The notes beneath the pieces were generated by a model, which did no database searches, was not told where the DNA came from, and was given only the letters and a program-made list of their open reading frames with translations. A stretch of 63,228 bases of DNA, filler included, from Pelomyxa schiedti (Eukaryota; Protista; Evosea), in assembly GCA_020536535.1 (NCBI GenBank). It is 13 parts of 13 records of this genome, joined end to end, with 100 filler letters (N's around TTAATTAATTAA, not from the genome) between each part and the next. Parts side by side here need not be neighbours in the genome. Positions count along the whole stretch, not along the records: positions 12,610 to 14,474 come from JAHLWZ010002233.1; positions 14,575 to 19,585 come from JAHLWZ010001534.1; positions 19,686 to 44,846 come from JAHLWZ010000426.1; 10 more parts are not named here. One strand, written 5' to 3'. Positions 12,610-37,900 of the stretch are shown here, one piece after another (position 1 is the first letter of the stretch; every line of letters starts with the position of its first letter). The position numbers and the translations under genes were made by a program.

Positions 12610-13487
12610 ACAAATCTTTTTCTTTCAGTCCGCCACATGAAACCGAGTGGACGATAATTCCTACCTCCCTGCAGGATTCAATTTGCTCGCTCCAACTTTC
12701 CTGGAAACAGTGTTGAGTTTATTCTTTACGTTGGAAGTAAAACCCCACAAGGGCATCCATTAGGGTAGCTATCGCCACCTCCGCCAACTCCATGGGGCGG
12801 AGCATCCGCTATAAACACGGCAGTCTTGGTAGAACTGGCGCGCCAGTCTAATCTTACAAGTTGATAGAACCTGTAGGAAAAGAAATACAATATTGGTTAC
12901 AGCTAAAGAAAGGAATTACTGGGGCAGGGGGTAGTACGCGTCAGCCACAGCCTCTTAACTACGTTAGTGAAGTGAGACAGAGAAAAATTCAGAGTACCTG
13001 GATAGTCCCCTCCACCCTCAGCTGCCATTTCTTTTACCCCGCGTTTGACTTCACTTATCCTTTGGCGTAGTGAGAACAGTGGGGTGGGCAAAAAAGAACT
13101 TACTTTCTTGTCAGTTGAGTGTGAACAGTAACCACCCATTTGTCACTGTGATCACGGTACCCAATCAGCCCAAACTATTTCCCACATTTAAAAAAAAAAA
13201 AAGAAGTGTCCTCGCGTTTAATTGGTCCATGTTAAATAAGAGAAATAGCTATAAAGTACATGTTATTGATAAGTATTACCACACCATTGAATCAGAAGCC
13301 ATGGCGCGAATAGAATCCACCATGCTACGTATGTTATTCTGCACCACTGCAATTTGACCCCCCATAGACCCAGTCTCATCAACAACTAAGGCATTTTAAA
13401 TTAGTTGTTAGTCTCAGTGAGCCACTCTATGACAATAAATAGGGAAAAAAAACCGAAGACGACATCGAGGGCTCCTTCCTGTGCCAT
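12610..13487 (-). CDS. von Willebrand factor A domain protein (vwkA alpha-kinase-type VWA), 3'-truncated, possible frameshift
   Basis: Spliced: MAQEGALDVVF/VVDETGSMGGQI.. /FGLIGYRDH.. /MAAEGGGDYP/EAVADA/FYQLVRLDWRASSTKTAVFIADAPPHG..DSYPNGCPCG. It carries a MIDAS DxTGS motif. There is an apparent 1-nt frameshift near 12663 before IIVHSVSC. Confidence 0.85.
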
Positions 13488-13729
13488 GATTATTTACTGC
13501 TCCCGTTTCAAACCGTTTTCTCCGAAACCTCATCGAAGCGGTCTCTGAGTTTGTGCGTCCCTAGAGAACATGCGTTGTTCATTACCCATAAGTTGTCATT
13601 ACTTACTGATCTCGCTTTGTGGTGTTCCTGGCAACCCAAACTCAAAAGTTCTAAAATGGCCATTTCAATACTCTGTGCCCGGTGCAGCCAATCTGTTGCA
13701 CTGGCAGAGAAAACAGATTCGTTTCAATC

Positions 13730-14474
13730 CTAAAGGAAATGGTCTCGTCTTGTTATGGCAACCCATAAGGGAGTTGTGTCCCCTGTGGAACTGTCCCCTG
13801 TAGCCTTGAGGTAACTCACGATCTCGTATTTCCTGAGTCCCAACTTGGAGACAGAGAACTCAATGTTGAGGGGTGACGCAGTCACAATGTGCATGAAGCT
13901 TTCAGTATCTCTCACCACGTCAGCTGTGATTTCTGGGAACTGTCTCAGCAACATCCTCCACGTTCTCAGGCTGACTGAATTCCATGCGTGATGCGTTTTC
14001 ACCATGTCCATCGCCTTCGGTTGTTTTTGTAAGTTTAGAAAGAATCTGAAAAAAAGAACAAGATACAACCTCATGGAACGTGATGTGGAATTTTGTGATG
14101 ATCCACTCAGCACAGCTTGCCTTGGACGTGGTGATCAAAAAAGACAGAATCCAGTTGTTGTTCTGAGTGACTTGGTCTCTTGTCAGGTTGAAACTCTCAA
14201 TCAACCACTTCACCACCCTGCTGGATGAACAGACTGAATATGGTTGAAAGGATTCTGCCACTTCTGACTGTGAGAACTGGCCAAGTGCAGCCATCTTCTG
14301 TGCTGAGGCCAAGTCTGATCGTGGAAGACATCCCCGCACTTCTTTCCACATCGTTGCTGTGTTTGTGTCATGTGGGAGGTGAAATGTCTCCAGCAAGTAC
14401 AGTGCCCCTCTGATGTTGTCCAGCTTCAAGCAGTCCAGGATTGCTTCTGTCACTTCGTGCTGCTCAATGAGTTC
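13730..14474 (-). CDS. Helical (ankyrin-like) repeat protein, C-terminal fragment
   Basis: Repeating 'WLIxxFxLT' units (VVKWLIESFNLT, AEWIITKFHIT). One GT-AG intron joins the two ORFs. Confidence 0.55.
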
Positions 14475-14899
14475 NNNNNNNNNNNNNNNNNNNNNNNNNN
14501 NNNNNNNNNNNNNNNNNNTTAATTAATTAANNNNNNNNNNNNNNNNNNNNNNNNNNNNNNNNNNNNNNNNNNNNGTAGGTCAAGACTCTCTCGTCAAGAG
14601 TTGCTATTTGGTTAACGGTTAACGATGCTAACAAAAAATTCGTTCGCGGCTCCGCCACTCCCGCCGACGCCGACGCCGCGGCGACGCAGAGTGCTGCTGC
14701 CGATTCGGGTGCTGCCAAATTCGGTAATTCCCCCTTGTTGTTTGTTGAAACTAACAAGCAGTCATGTTCCCAGTGGCGCCAAAAAGATTTTTGTTTTGCG
14801 CAGTAGTCTTCGACATTTGTACTCAACGGCCAGACGTCCTCCGAGTTGGACAAAAAAGTTTCGATTGACTCCATTTTCTGTGAATTCAGACCCGAAAAG

Positions 14900-16247
14900 A
14901 TGCAGATAGCGGTGCTTGGGTGTGGGCCAAAGATGGGCCTCAGGGTGGCGGCTGAGATGCTCCGTATGCACGACGCTGTGTCCAGGGTGTCCGTTTGGGT
15001 CCCGCAATTGCACGGCGGCCCAACCATCGAGGGAACCACTGCTTCCCTCCGCGACCTGCTCCTCCACGAGGTCGTGATTCCCCTGTCGTCGACCCAGGCA
15101 CAACGCACTCCCACAATTACGTACGGCGGGCACGGTAGCCACGGCGGCGGACATGGAGAATACTACGGCCACGGTCACGGTCACGGTCACGGTCACGGAC
15201 ATTGGCACGAAGACGACGCGCCTTCTACGGCCACTCAATATTCACCGCCAACTGTGGACGATCTGATGACGAGGGCGTCCATTGTACGTGTTGTGGCATT
15301 GTGGGAACCCAGAAGTGCGACGTGGACATTTTTAATGCTTTTTTTTGTTGTATGGAGAAAACTTATGCATATGGGATAGACACATTCAATTGCTGAGACA
15401 ATGCGGGATTGCAAATTGGTTGTGGAAGCTATTACAGAGGACCTAGGGATCAAGCAGAATGTACTGCGCTCCCTTCGGCTTAATTTTTTTTTTTCTGCAC
15501 TAACATTGTCCAAGACATTTGCTCAAATTGACTCAATTGCACCACCAGATTGTCTTTTTACAACGTGCACAATAAATTTAAACGTTGATGAAATTCGTGG
15601 AGGATGTTCAGTCCATAGAGACCGATTCATCGGTATGCGTTTCTTGTACCCTGTTATGTTCATTCCAATGGTACTTGTTTCTATTCAAGTCTTTCATTCA
15701 TCTTTAATACAGAATCACATAGGTTGAACTGACCAAGACCGCCTTCACCAGTGAAGTTGTTTTCCAACAAGCCGTTGGAATCCTCCACCAGTTAGGTAAA
15801 ACCCACTTTGTTTGGACCGGAACTGGAAATAGGACCTTCCTACACACTGAGAAAGTTGATATATTACAAAGTAATATGTAGTCTGTTACGCAAAGACTGA
15901 GTACTTATATTATATATAACCAAAAGGGGATGCCATGATTGCTGTACGCAAGGCCTCTTCCCCATCAACAGGAATGCACCCTGAATCTGTTTCACACGCA
16001 AGTTTAGTTGTATCAGAACCTGCCACAACGGCTGCAACCCCTCAAGAGAACAATCCTTGTTCAGTGTGCTTAGACCGACAAAAAGACTGTGTCCTTATTC
16101 CCTGCGGTATCGCAAACACCACCCTGCAAAATTAACCTCTACATAGGACACCGGTGCTGCTGCTTCCAATGCACAGCAAGCTTGTCTGGAAAATGCCCAA
16201 TCTGCAGGGCACCCTTCCAATCGGTTGTAAAGGTGTATGACTCTTAA
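14900..16247 (+). CDS. 3-hydroxyacyl-CoA dehydrogenase NAD-binding-like domain fused to a C-terminal C3HC4 RING finger
   Basis: MQIAVLGCGPKMG (Rossmann), CKLVVEAITEDLGIKQN/TFAQIDSIAPPDCLFTTCT, DRFIGMRFLYPV..VEL. C-terminus CSVCLD..CVLIPCG/HRCCCFQC..KCPICR after splicing gtatcg..catag. Confidence 0.85.
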
Positions 16248-16359
16248 ACGCCAAATAAACATGGCTTTTTTCTTTTTCATAAAACTTTATACACTTCCAT
16301 CATTCCAGGAAGAATATGAAGGAGCAGTATCATAATAGACACTTGATGTGCCTCTCCCG

Positions 16360-19300
16360 TTATGGCCTCCTCTTTAGAGTGTCAATTATTCTATCCAACT
16401 TTGGAACCACTTCACGGCAACTGGGCCTTGATGCAGCCGCAGCAGCCCAACAAGTTGTAACCACTTCAACAAGGAGTGCTGGGCACCCTGTGGGTATCTT
16501 GGGCCTCACACCCTTTCTGGCAACTGCATCAACAAGTGCTCCCATTTCGGTTATGTGTCCAAATGGAACCTCCCCAGTTATCATTTCCTTTTTTGTTTGG
16601 ATGGTTTTTGGGAGTGTTATGGTTGTTATGTGATAGAGAGCAGCATTAGCAATTAGGGAACAATTGCAAAAAATCATGCACACCCATAGGCACACGCCAA
16701 ATGAGTACACATCGGTTTTTTCTGTGTAGATGGACCTTGTTAGCATTTCCTAGGGATTGAAAACTTAGTCCACAAAAACAAAAGGGATCACTTACAGGGC
16801 TCATCCAAAGGGGGCTTCCGACTCGCTAGTTTCGAAGGGTAAACGGATTGGAAAGTTAAACAATTGAATGGGATGAAGGAGTACCTCAGTTAAGTTGGAG
16901 CCGTCCGAAGGTTCTAAAATTGACAGACTGGAGGCCATAGTCAAACAAGATGCACAAAAGAGTTATGAAATACCCGAAGTCACATAGTTTGAGAGAGAAG
17001 TGCGAGTCTAATAAAAGATTTTCACTTTTACAGTCGCGATGGATGATTCTTTTGGGAATATTACGAGAAAAGGCGATACGGGAAGAAAAATACTTGGGAT
17101 GTAGACTGTGAAGGTGACACAAACCAACGGCCATTTGTTTTGCCAAATGGAGAGCCATTGGAAGTTCTGGAAGGTGTTAGAGTATCCAAGGGAAACTGCT
17201 CTACCTAGCTTGGTGTCCCCCCTTTCATGTAATAGTTGATATACACTCCCGCCAGATAGGAATTCTGTGCATATTGACAAATGAGGCATGTGGGTGCATG
17301 CACCCATCTTGGGTTCAGTTATTTATAATGATACAAAGAGGGGGGCCGCACATATAATACAATATTGGGATGGCGTAAACTACTACATGAGTGTTAGAAA
17401 CAGAATTTAGTATTGTTGTTCAGTACGCAAGGATTGCAATCTCCTGTTTAAATGCCTTCATTAATCTTGCATCCACATTCTGGGCCTTCAATTCTGTATA
17501 ATCGTTAATTCTTATGTAGTAAGCAGAAGTAAGCACCTTTTACAGCAATGTCACAGTTTCTCCATTTGGATTTGTAGACAACTCCAAAACTCCCTAATAC
17601 GATGTCTAATTAGAATTTTTGCAGGGTGTCACTGACTCGCCTTCTCCAAGTTTCTCTATCATTTTTAGTTCAGAGTGAGGAATCTCCCACTCATAATTTT
17701 CAGAGGAGGTAGTAACACGATGACGTTCTCGCCAGAGAGAGGTATCCCACTGATAGCGGACAATAGCTCTCATGAACCTGGGTGTGCGTAAGTTTAAGTC
17801 CCAACTGTCACAACAAACTCGTAGAGTGTAATTGATCCATCACGGTTTGTATCAATTTGGCCTATGAAGATCGGTTAATGTGGAGCAGAGAAAGATATAA
17901 TAGCATGCCATATATTCTATTAGCTTCTGGCTTTGTAACATCGGGATAGAGAAATTGCAACCTACGTTTTTTCAACTCATACAACATTTTCATTGGAGAG
18001 GGACACATACCCTTGGAAGAATTCTGAACAATCCAAAATGCCATTTCCATCAGTATCGATGTTGTTGAAGGCTGCACATGTGGCATAAGTGATAAGAAAC
18101 AAAAAGATGCCCAACCATTAAGAACTTCTACTTGCTGTTTTTCAGTCAGTTCAGGAAGGTTTGCAACGGCAGCGGACATAATTCTTACAACAGTAAATTT
18201 TGTTTCCCCAGTTGTTAGGAACACACCCCTCTCTTTCAGTTTTATTAGGCAACGGTGCCAGGGTTTTTGCAGGACTTCTCGATATTGGCTTGATGTATCT
18301 TACAAAAAAAAGAGAGAAATGCATTAGAATACCGGCTTGACACCAGAGACAGCCTTTAGTGCTTTCTGTTAGTTTCAGAGAAATGAATGAAAAAATGAAG
18401 CATATCACCCCAGTTCTATCAGGTGCAGCTGTACCAAGAGCATCCTTCACTGTGAGTTCTTCAGCTCGTTGTTGTAAGGCTTTTTCCCATTTTGTTAAAT
18501 AATCTTCCTATAAATGATCTTTTAGTTTGGTTTATGGGTACCCAAGAACGAGATAGTTCTATTGCTTGGAAAAAAAAGAAAGAATATACCTTTTGGCAAA
18601 TCTTTTCTTCTCTGTTTTTCAGTTCAAGCTCTTTTTTATCAAGAATGTCTTCTCTTGTGGAAGGATCTAGACATTTGTTACTTTTCGCATTCACTTATGC
18701 CTACTAATTGCGTTCTGCGGGAGTTACCTTCCCTGCGGGGAGATTTTTCTCTCACAGGATGAGCGGGGCCTGGCGCCGTGGCATTTTCTTTATGCGTCGA
18801 TTTTATCGGATGAGTGGCATGAGCAATCGACCGCGGAGGAGACGCGGAGGTAGCAGGAGCGGCCGAAGTAGTAGAAGTAGGTTTCTCCCGAGTGGATGCC
18901 TTGGGGTGCTGGGCATTCAGTGGCTGCAGGTGGTTGTTCGCGTGGTGCGTGGTAATGTGGTGGTCAGAGTGCTGCCTCGTCGGGCGGCTCTCCACAGCGG
19001 GGTGTGCTGCATGTGTGTTTGCGTTGGTGTTATTGGTGCCAGGGGCCTTATCATGCAAGTGAGAAGTAGCAGCAGCAGCAGTAGTAGTTGTAGTGTTAGT
19101 TGCATTGGTCGAATTTGGAGGTGCCTGCGTAGTCGTCGTCGTGTGTGCCGGTGATTTCGCGTGGTCATGAACTTCGGCGGACTTTCCAGCGCCTACATCG
19201 CCGCTTGCTGGTTGTTCAATGCCACCGCCACCACCAACAACAACGGCGGCGGTGTTGCCTGTCCCATTATCGGCGGTTTCGTGGCCGGTCTCCCCAACAG

Positions 19301-19585
19301 TTTCGGGCCTGTCGCCACCGTTCACTGCCACAGCACCGGTGTTTGTGGTTGTAGTAGTGGTCGATGATGGCGGCGGGGTGGCTGCCTTGGCCACCTTGGC
19401 ACCAAGGGCGCTGGGGGACGGGGTGGCGTCGGGCTTGGTGCCCCCCCCGCCCTCCCGCAGTGCGGGGGACTGCGAGTGCGCGGGGCGCTGCGGGGACACC
19501 GAGCGGCGGCGGGCCGCCGGCGGGGTCGCGGAGGCCGCGGCGCGGACGGGAGACAGGGAGGTGCGGTGGGCCACGCGAGCGGGGG
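16360..19585 (-). CDS. TKL-group (Raf/MLK-like) protein kinase with two EF-hands and a low-complexity N-terminus; 5'-truncated
   Basis: EF loops IDTDGNGILDCSEF and IDTNRDGSITLYEF. Kinase motifs WEIPHSEL, GEGSFGVV, AVK, LRHPNIV, HRDCKSEN, DFG, GSPLWMSPE and DVYSFG are recovered by splicing. Confidence 0.92.
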
Positions 19586-20365
19586 NNNNNNNNNNNNNNN
19601 NNNNNNNNNNNNNNNNNNNNNNNNNNNNNTTAATTAATTAANNNNNNNNNNNNNNNNNNNNNNNNNNNNNNNNNNNNNNNNNNNNGACCCGGGGTTGCGG
19701 GCTCGGAACCGAAGGCCCAATCGGTTCCGCTGCCTGCTCCCTGGTGCTCCCCGGTTGCCGACTCGTTGGTGTGGGCATTTGGGCCTTGGGGTGCTGTTTG
19801 GCTTCTCTTCCCACTGTCATTGGCAGCAGCAGCCCCAAAGCCAAGTCACTAAACTCAAAGCCAAGGAAAGCCTGACTGAAACCAAAAATTTTTGTTTTGT
19901 TGTATTCAAAATTTCTTCTCGTACTGAGGGAATTGGGGGTGGGGTGTTGATTCCGGGAGAAGGGGTCACTCTATGGCTTCACGAAGCTGTGCTCCACGTA
20001 ACGCACACTGTGGATTCCCCTCACGAAGTGGATATGAGCCAATTAAGCACTTTGCGTGATGGAGGTGATATACACCCCAAGTCCATAACAGAGACTGAGT
20101 TCAATACAACTACAAAAAGGTCCAACCCCAAAACGAACGCACCCGAACCCAACCCAAAAACATCCCCACCCACTTGGTCCACTCTCATTCACTTGTTGCC
20201 CGCCCACCGGTGTCACACGCCACTCCCTGTCCTATCGTTGGTTTGGCAGTTTGATATGATGTGAGCTCTAATCTTCCGGCCACTGCATCATTTCCTGTTA
20301 CCGGAATAGGAGGACGAGAACAAACAGAAAAAACAAACAAAAAAAAGGGGATCGTAATCTCTTGA

Positions 20366-32759
<12,394 letters not shown>

Positions 32760-32846
32760 TTGTGCAAATACAAATGTTTTTTTTGTGTAAAAAAAATGAA
32801 ACACCAACTCTTTATGTTCTTTCTTCCTTTCATTTTAAAATTTTCT

Positions 32847-34699
32847 CTATAGTAGTGCAGCCTTGGCATTTTCCAGTGCCTGTGCCCCGTTCTCACACAG
32901 CATTGCCTGTGTAGTGCAAATATGTAATAAATAATGTTAGTGTAAGAAAGCCCATAATTGGGGGGAAAAGCTCACCCTCCCCTGTATGCGGTTGCTCTTG
33001 CCTCCTCCCTTTCCCCCAAGGGCCGCCATTACAGGTGCTGTGGCCTTTTTCACAAGGTCCAGTGGTCCAGAGAGTATGAATACACCAGGACCAGTGCCCG
33101 ATTCAGCATCGGAGGATACTGAAAGGAGTAGGAATTCCGGGCCACATTTCTCTCGCACTGCGGCTTCCACTTCTTGGAGGGATTCCATGTTACCGGCATC
33201 ACGTGTGTACAGGAGGAAGGGGTGTGGGGATGTGGCTAATGCAGCCGTTACTCGCGTGGATAATTCCTGGGCCTCGTAGCGGGCTACTTGCTCTAAAAGT
33301 TTCTTGCGCTGCCGTATCAGTTGGATGTTTTCTGCCTGCACAACAGTGAAAAAAAAAAGTGAATGTAAGGAAGATACAAGTAAAGTCTCAGAGCGCTGTG
33401 TAAATACATCTGCTGGGCAGGATAAAATTCGGGACAGTGCTTTATCTCTCTCATATCCAATGGAGGCGAATTTCAATTCTCGTTGGCCAGCAAGGAAAAA
33501 TATTCTAACAACGTTCTTGCGACTGTGCTCTGTGTCTGATAGTAGAATTCTGAAAGTTTGTAGTTCAGCTGTATTCGCAATATGGGTGCCACCACAAGTG
33601 GAAGTATCATAACCCTCAATTTGGATAATCCGTATATCTGTATAAGTAAAAATTAGCAATTTTAAAGCTGTTTCCGTACTTCGAAAGAAACAAACCTCCT
33701 TCAGTTGGAATGGAGCCCCTGGAGCGAAGACCACTAATGGAGTTCAGTTGGTCATGGCTCACAATTTGGACATTCACAGGGACATGCTGACGAATAGCAG
33801 CATTTTCCAGGTCTTGAAGGAATAACAGATCTTCGTCACTTATTTCTGCTGCTTCGAGTTCCACAGAAGTAAACGTGTCATGGAGAGCCCACCCTAAGAT
33901 GCAAGACACTAAGTTAATGGAGACAAATGGCGGATGTAGTTTGTTTTCTCAGTTTTCTTTAAAATCCAGAGAGAGCTTCCTTACCCACAGTCTTGAGATT
34001 CTTGTGCTTCATTGCCAAGTGAGAAAACAAGTGCTGTGCCGTGTGCTGCTGCATATAGTCATATCTCCTTGCCCAGTCCACACTGACACTTACGTCCTCC
34101 CCAACAGCAGGCAACGCCGCAACCTCATTGTCACCGCAAGTACTACTAGCAGGGGCAGAAGAAGTAACAGTACTAGCAGCAGCAGCAGCATTAACACCAC
34201 CATCCGCCGAAGCAGGTTTTTCCGCTGAATTAGAACTCGAAACGGTACGAGGAGGGATAACCACAGTGTGACGGACTCCAGCGCCCGAGGGCAGCTTCTC
34301 AACGCGCGTGCAGCGGAACTTCACACCCCTCGAGTCTAGAATCGTACCCACGTCCCCCGGCTGGCCCCCTCCCTCCACATACAGCACAGAATCAGGCAGG
34401 TCGATATACCCTACCCTCTCACTTGTAGGCGCAGACCCCTGGCTACTCGCGCAAGACGACGCACCAGAAGCAGAAGTAGTGGAAGAAGTGGGAGTGGGTG
34501 TTGTAGTAGTAGTAGTAGCAGCAGTGGGTGCTGCTGTTGGTGGTTTGCTGTTGTTGTTGTTGTTGTTGTTTTTGGTGGGTTTGGCGGGTGTGGACTTGGT
34601 GGCAGCACTGGGCTTGGCGGCGGGGGCCAGCGACGATTGGAGCACGGGGAACGACGCTGTTTGGGTGTAGGGCTGTCGTTGGCACAGGAGCAGTGTCAT
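32847..34699 (-). CDS. AARSD1: Alanyl-tRNA editing protein AlaX/AARSD1
   Basis: LYVEGGGQPGDVG, VDWARRYDYMQQHTAQHL (HxxxH), TCGGTH (CxxxH) and a C-terminal DHHA1-like GGKGGG. Confidence 0.9.
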
Positions 34700-34982
34700 C
34701 TTCGGGGTAGGTGAATGGGATTTGGCTCGGACTGAGGATTTCGCCTACGACTGATCGGGAGGCCGAATTTGAAAGTGCTAATCAAAGAACGACAAGGAGG
34801 GAAAAACAAGTTGGGGGAGGGAAATGAAAGTTTGGCGAGTTCCTGAGACTCCAAAAAAACTCGGGGCAACTTCCCCTATGTATGTTCAGGAGACAAAACG
34901 GAAGGAATCGGAGGAAAATAAAATAAAACAGAAAGGCGAAAAAAACAACAACAAGGGCCACAACACCATTGGCAGGGACTGA

Positions 34983-37900
34983 ATGATGACTGGGTTATCA
35001 AGAGCGGTGGCTATTGTAACGATTCTGGTCGGCGTAGTTGTGTTGGGAGTGGAGGGAATTGGTAGAGTCACACCTGCACTGAGGGAGGAATTCATCAAGC
35101 GAATTCAGTCACAGGGAGGTGCTGACCTCCACCAGCCAAGTGGGGAGGAACTCACAAGGACCGCTAGGTCCCTGAACCTTCTCAGAGAGCCGGATCCACG
35201 TAGAGTGGTATGCGTAGTTTCTCCTGTTTGTGCTGTGCGATTTACGTTTATTTTTTTGTGTTTGTGTTTTGTGCATATCTGACACTTCAAACTCCAGAGG
35301 TACGTGGACATTTCTGGTAATACGTTAGCAACGAGGAGTTACGGTCAGCAGGATACCAGCTTCTTGAGGACCGAAGATGGAATAAGTAACCTTCCTTCAT
35401 TGGCCCAGCTGGTGCCTAAGAATTGTGAATTTTCCTTTCAAACATGGTTACTCTTGCAGTGTCGGATGGTCGCCGGTATAATTTGTATACACAAGGAGAA
35501 GTAGCTGGACCAGTGAAAATCCTTGATGACCTGGGTGTAACTGATGCTCTTTGCAAATCCAATGGGTTATACTTGTCAACCAATGTATGTTCTCCACTGT
35601 AATTAAACAGTTTGAACAGTCACATAAACCATCTTCTCACTTTTTCTTCCAGGTTGAACCAGAGATATCAAGAGGGGATATCATCACAACAGGAAGTGAC
35701 TGGGATTGTTGGCACACAAACACACCAGGTCCGTTGTATCGAATGGCACTCGGGAATCCCACAATGGTGACAGAGGGTGTTGCGTTTGTCTCCACTACCC
35801 GCGATTTATCAATGAGCGAAGTGTTTGCCCAACAATCGGTTTTTGATTTCTCTGAAATCGTCGACTGATCAGTTTTCAACAGATTCGCCTGAGAGTACAA
35901 CCTACCCCATTAACCGACAACGGCCGTACGACCAGATACGGCGTGAAAAAAACCACGCTCTTTGGTTACAATTACAACGAGGTGGGCGAACACAGTTGGC
36001 GTTTGGTTTCCATTAACTTGTTACTTTCAGACTTCAGGGGACGCCATTGAGGAGTTACCTGTGTGGCAGAACTCTTCTTTAAGTCTGGACTGTACGTCTT
36101 GTTACGCGTACATCAGGTCCTACACCACCTACAACTCAGTGTCGGCTTTCGCGAATTCTAAAACACCTCAGTGCTACTGTAGATTTCCAGTTGGACCTTT
36201 CGTGGTGGTACTGGGCTCCGACAGGAATACAGTGGTTTTTGGCACAAGTTTCTGGTTCTGCCAAGGCCAAGGTCGATTGGGCACTGTCTGCAAATTTTGC
36301 CAGTTACAGTTTCGAGTACGAAAAGAGTATTTTGCCGGCTGAGGTTCCTCTACTTTCTATCAGTCTGTGCGTTTGTGGACTATGCTGGCGTATGTTTGAA
36401 ATGTGCTTTTTTTTTTCTGATTTAGTTTGTTCTATTTCTGGCACATTTACAGCACTGGGATTGTATGGAGACCTCATATTTGCCTTTTCCAGTGACGCCT
36501 CAGTGAAAGGAACTCTCTCAGGAGGTGCTGCACTTGAGGGCTTTGCCAAAGTTGGAGTTATGTATAACGGAACCTGGTCGACAATCAACCAATTTCAGTC
36601 TCCTACCCTAACTACTAAACCTCTGGACATTGCCCTTAATGCGTATGCCCACTTCCCACAACAAACAACCATGTTGAGTTCTGCAGTTCAACTGACGGTT
36701 TAGTGAAATGACATTGAAGGCAAGTCTTACTCCAGTGGTGACTTTTAGGCTCTCAGATTACATTACTGCCAATGTATCATTCTCTGCCGCAATTGGTGCT
36801 GACCTGTCTTCGTCTATCAATACCAGCATATGCTTTCCATCTGCCAATGCAGAGGTTTAAACCCCATTCAATTGCATTTCCCTCTCATGTTTAAAAAAAA
36901 AAAAAGCTTTGGTATATGCTCAATTTGAATGAATCGATCTCCACTCTAAAAATCCCCCATGTTCCAGAGTTGACATTTGGTGGCCTTCTTCCTGCCTCTT
37001 GGGAACAAGGTAACTTGTCCAAAGAATCACCCGTTCCCATGACTATGTTTTTTAGTTATAAAGCCAAAGACCACCCTTGCATCCTGCACGGACTGTTTTG
37101 GGTGCGGGCAAGTGCCACCTTCCAATGAAACTTCGCCACCAGCAGTGCAGCAGCTTACAGAACCAGCTGGTTCTGCGTACATCTTCAAATAAATCTCCCT
37201 TTTCCACCCACCTCAGTTCCTTTAGAACTCATTACATTGTGATGCTAGACAAGGCCACAGGTTTTGATTGTGCCATATCATGTCACCCGTACGCTTGTAG
37301 GCATAATTTCATACTCTCTTAGAGAATCTTAGATACGTAATTGTGAAATTCTGTCAGTCAGTCGATAAGACTGGATGCAACACAGGAATTCCATATCCAT
37401 ACAGCTGCAGCTCTTCAAGGGATCCTACAGTCTATATCTGGCAGGAAACGTTTATTGATTCTACTGGCTATTCTTTTGCATTTCTTGATCTCTACTCCGA
37501 TGACAGTACCTTCTGTCACGGGTGGTACGTTACACTATCTGAGATCGAGAATAATGAACAGAGCAACTATACTGCTAAATCTGGGACGTTAGAGATGTAG
37601 GTTCACTCTTTCAGCTTTTTCACTCATTGCAACCACAGGGATTTTGTCGTACAAACACCTTTGAACTCACTCCCTGGTGTCATTTTATATGGAAAAACAG
37701 TTAGCAACTGCGATCGCTGGTACGGCATCTTTGATGTTCCTGACTCTTCCTGGTGGTCTGATGTCTGGCTATATGTCTCTGCACAAACGTATTCCAATAC
37801 CTCTCCTTCCTCCTCACTCAACCGGGAAGGAAATACACTGTATCTAATGCTCTACCAACATTATACGATGAGAATTATGCTGGGAAACTGTTTTCTTCAG

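Noticed and set aside
12778-12850. Cluster of hairpins including the palindrome ACTGGCGCGCCAGT, suggesting an ncRNA or Helitron end
   Set aside because: It lies inside a conserved VWA coding exon on the minus strand (LDWRASSTK..DAPPHG).
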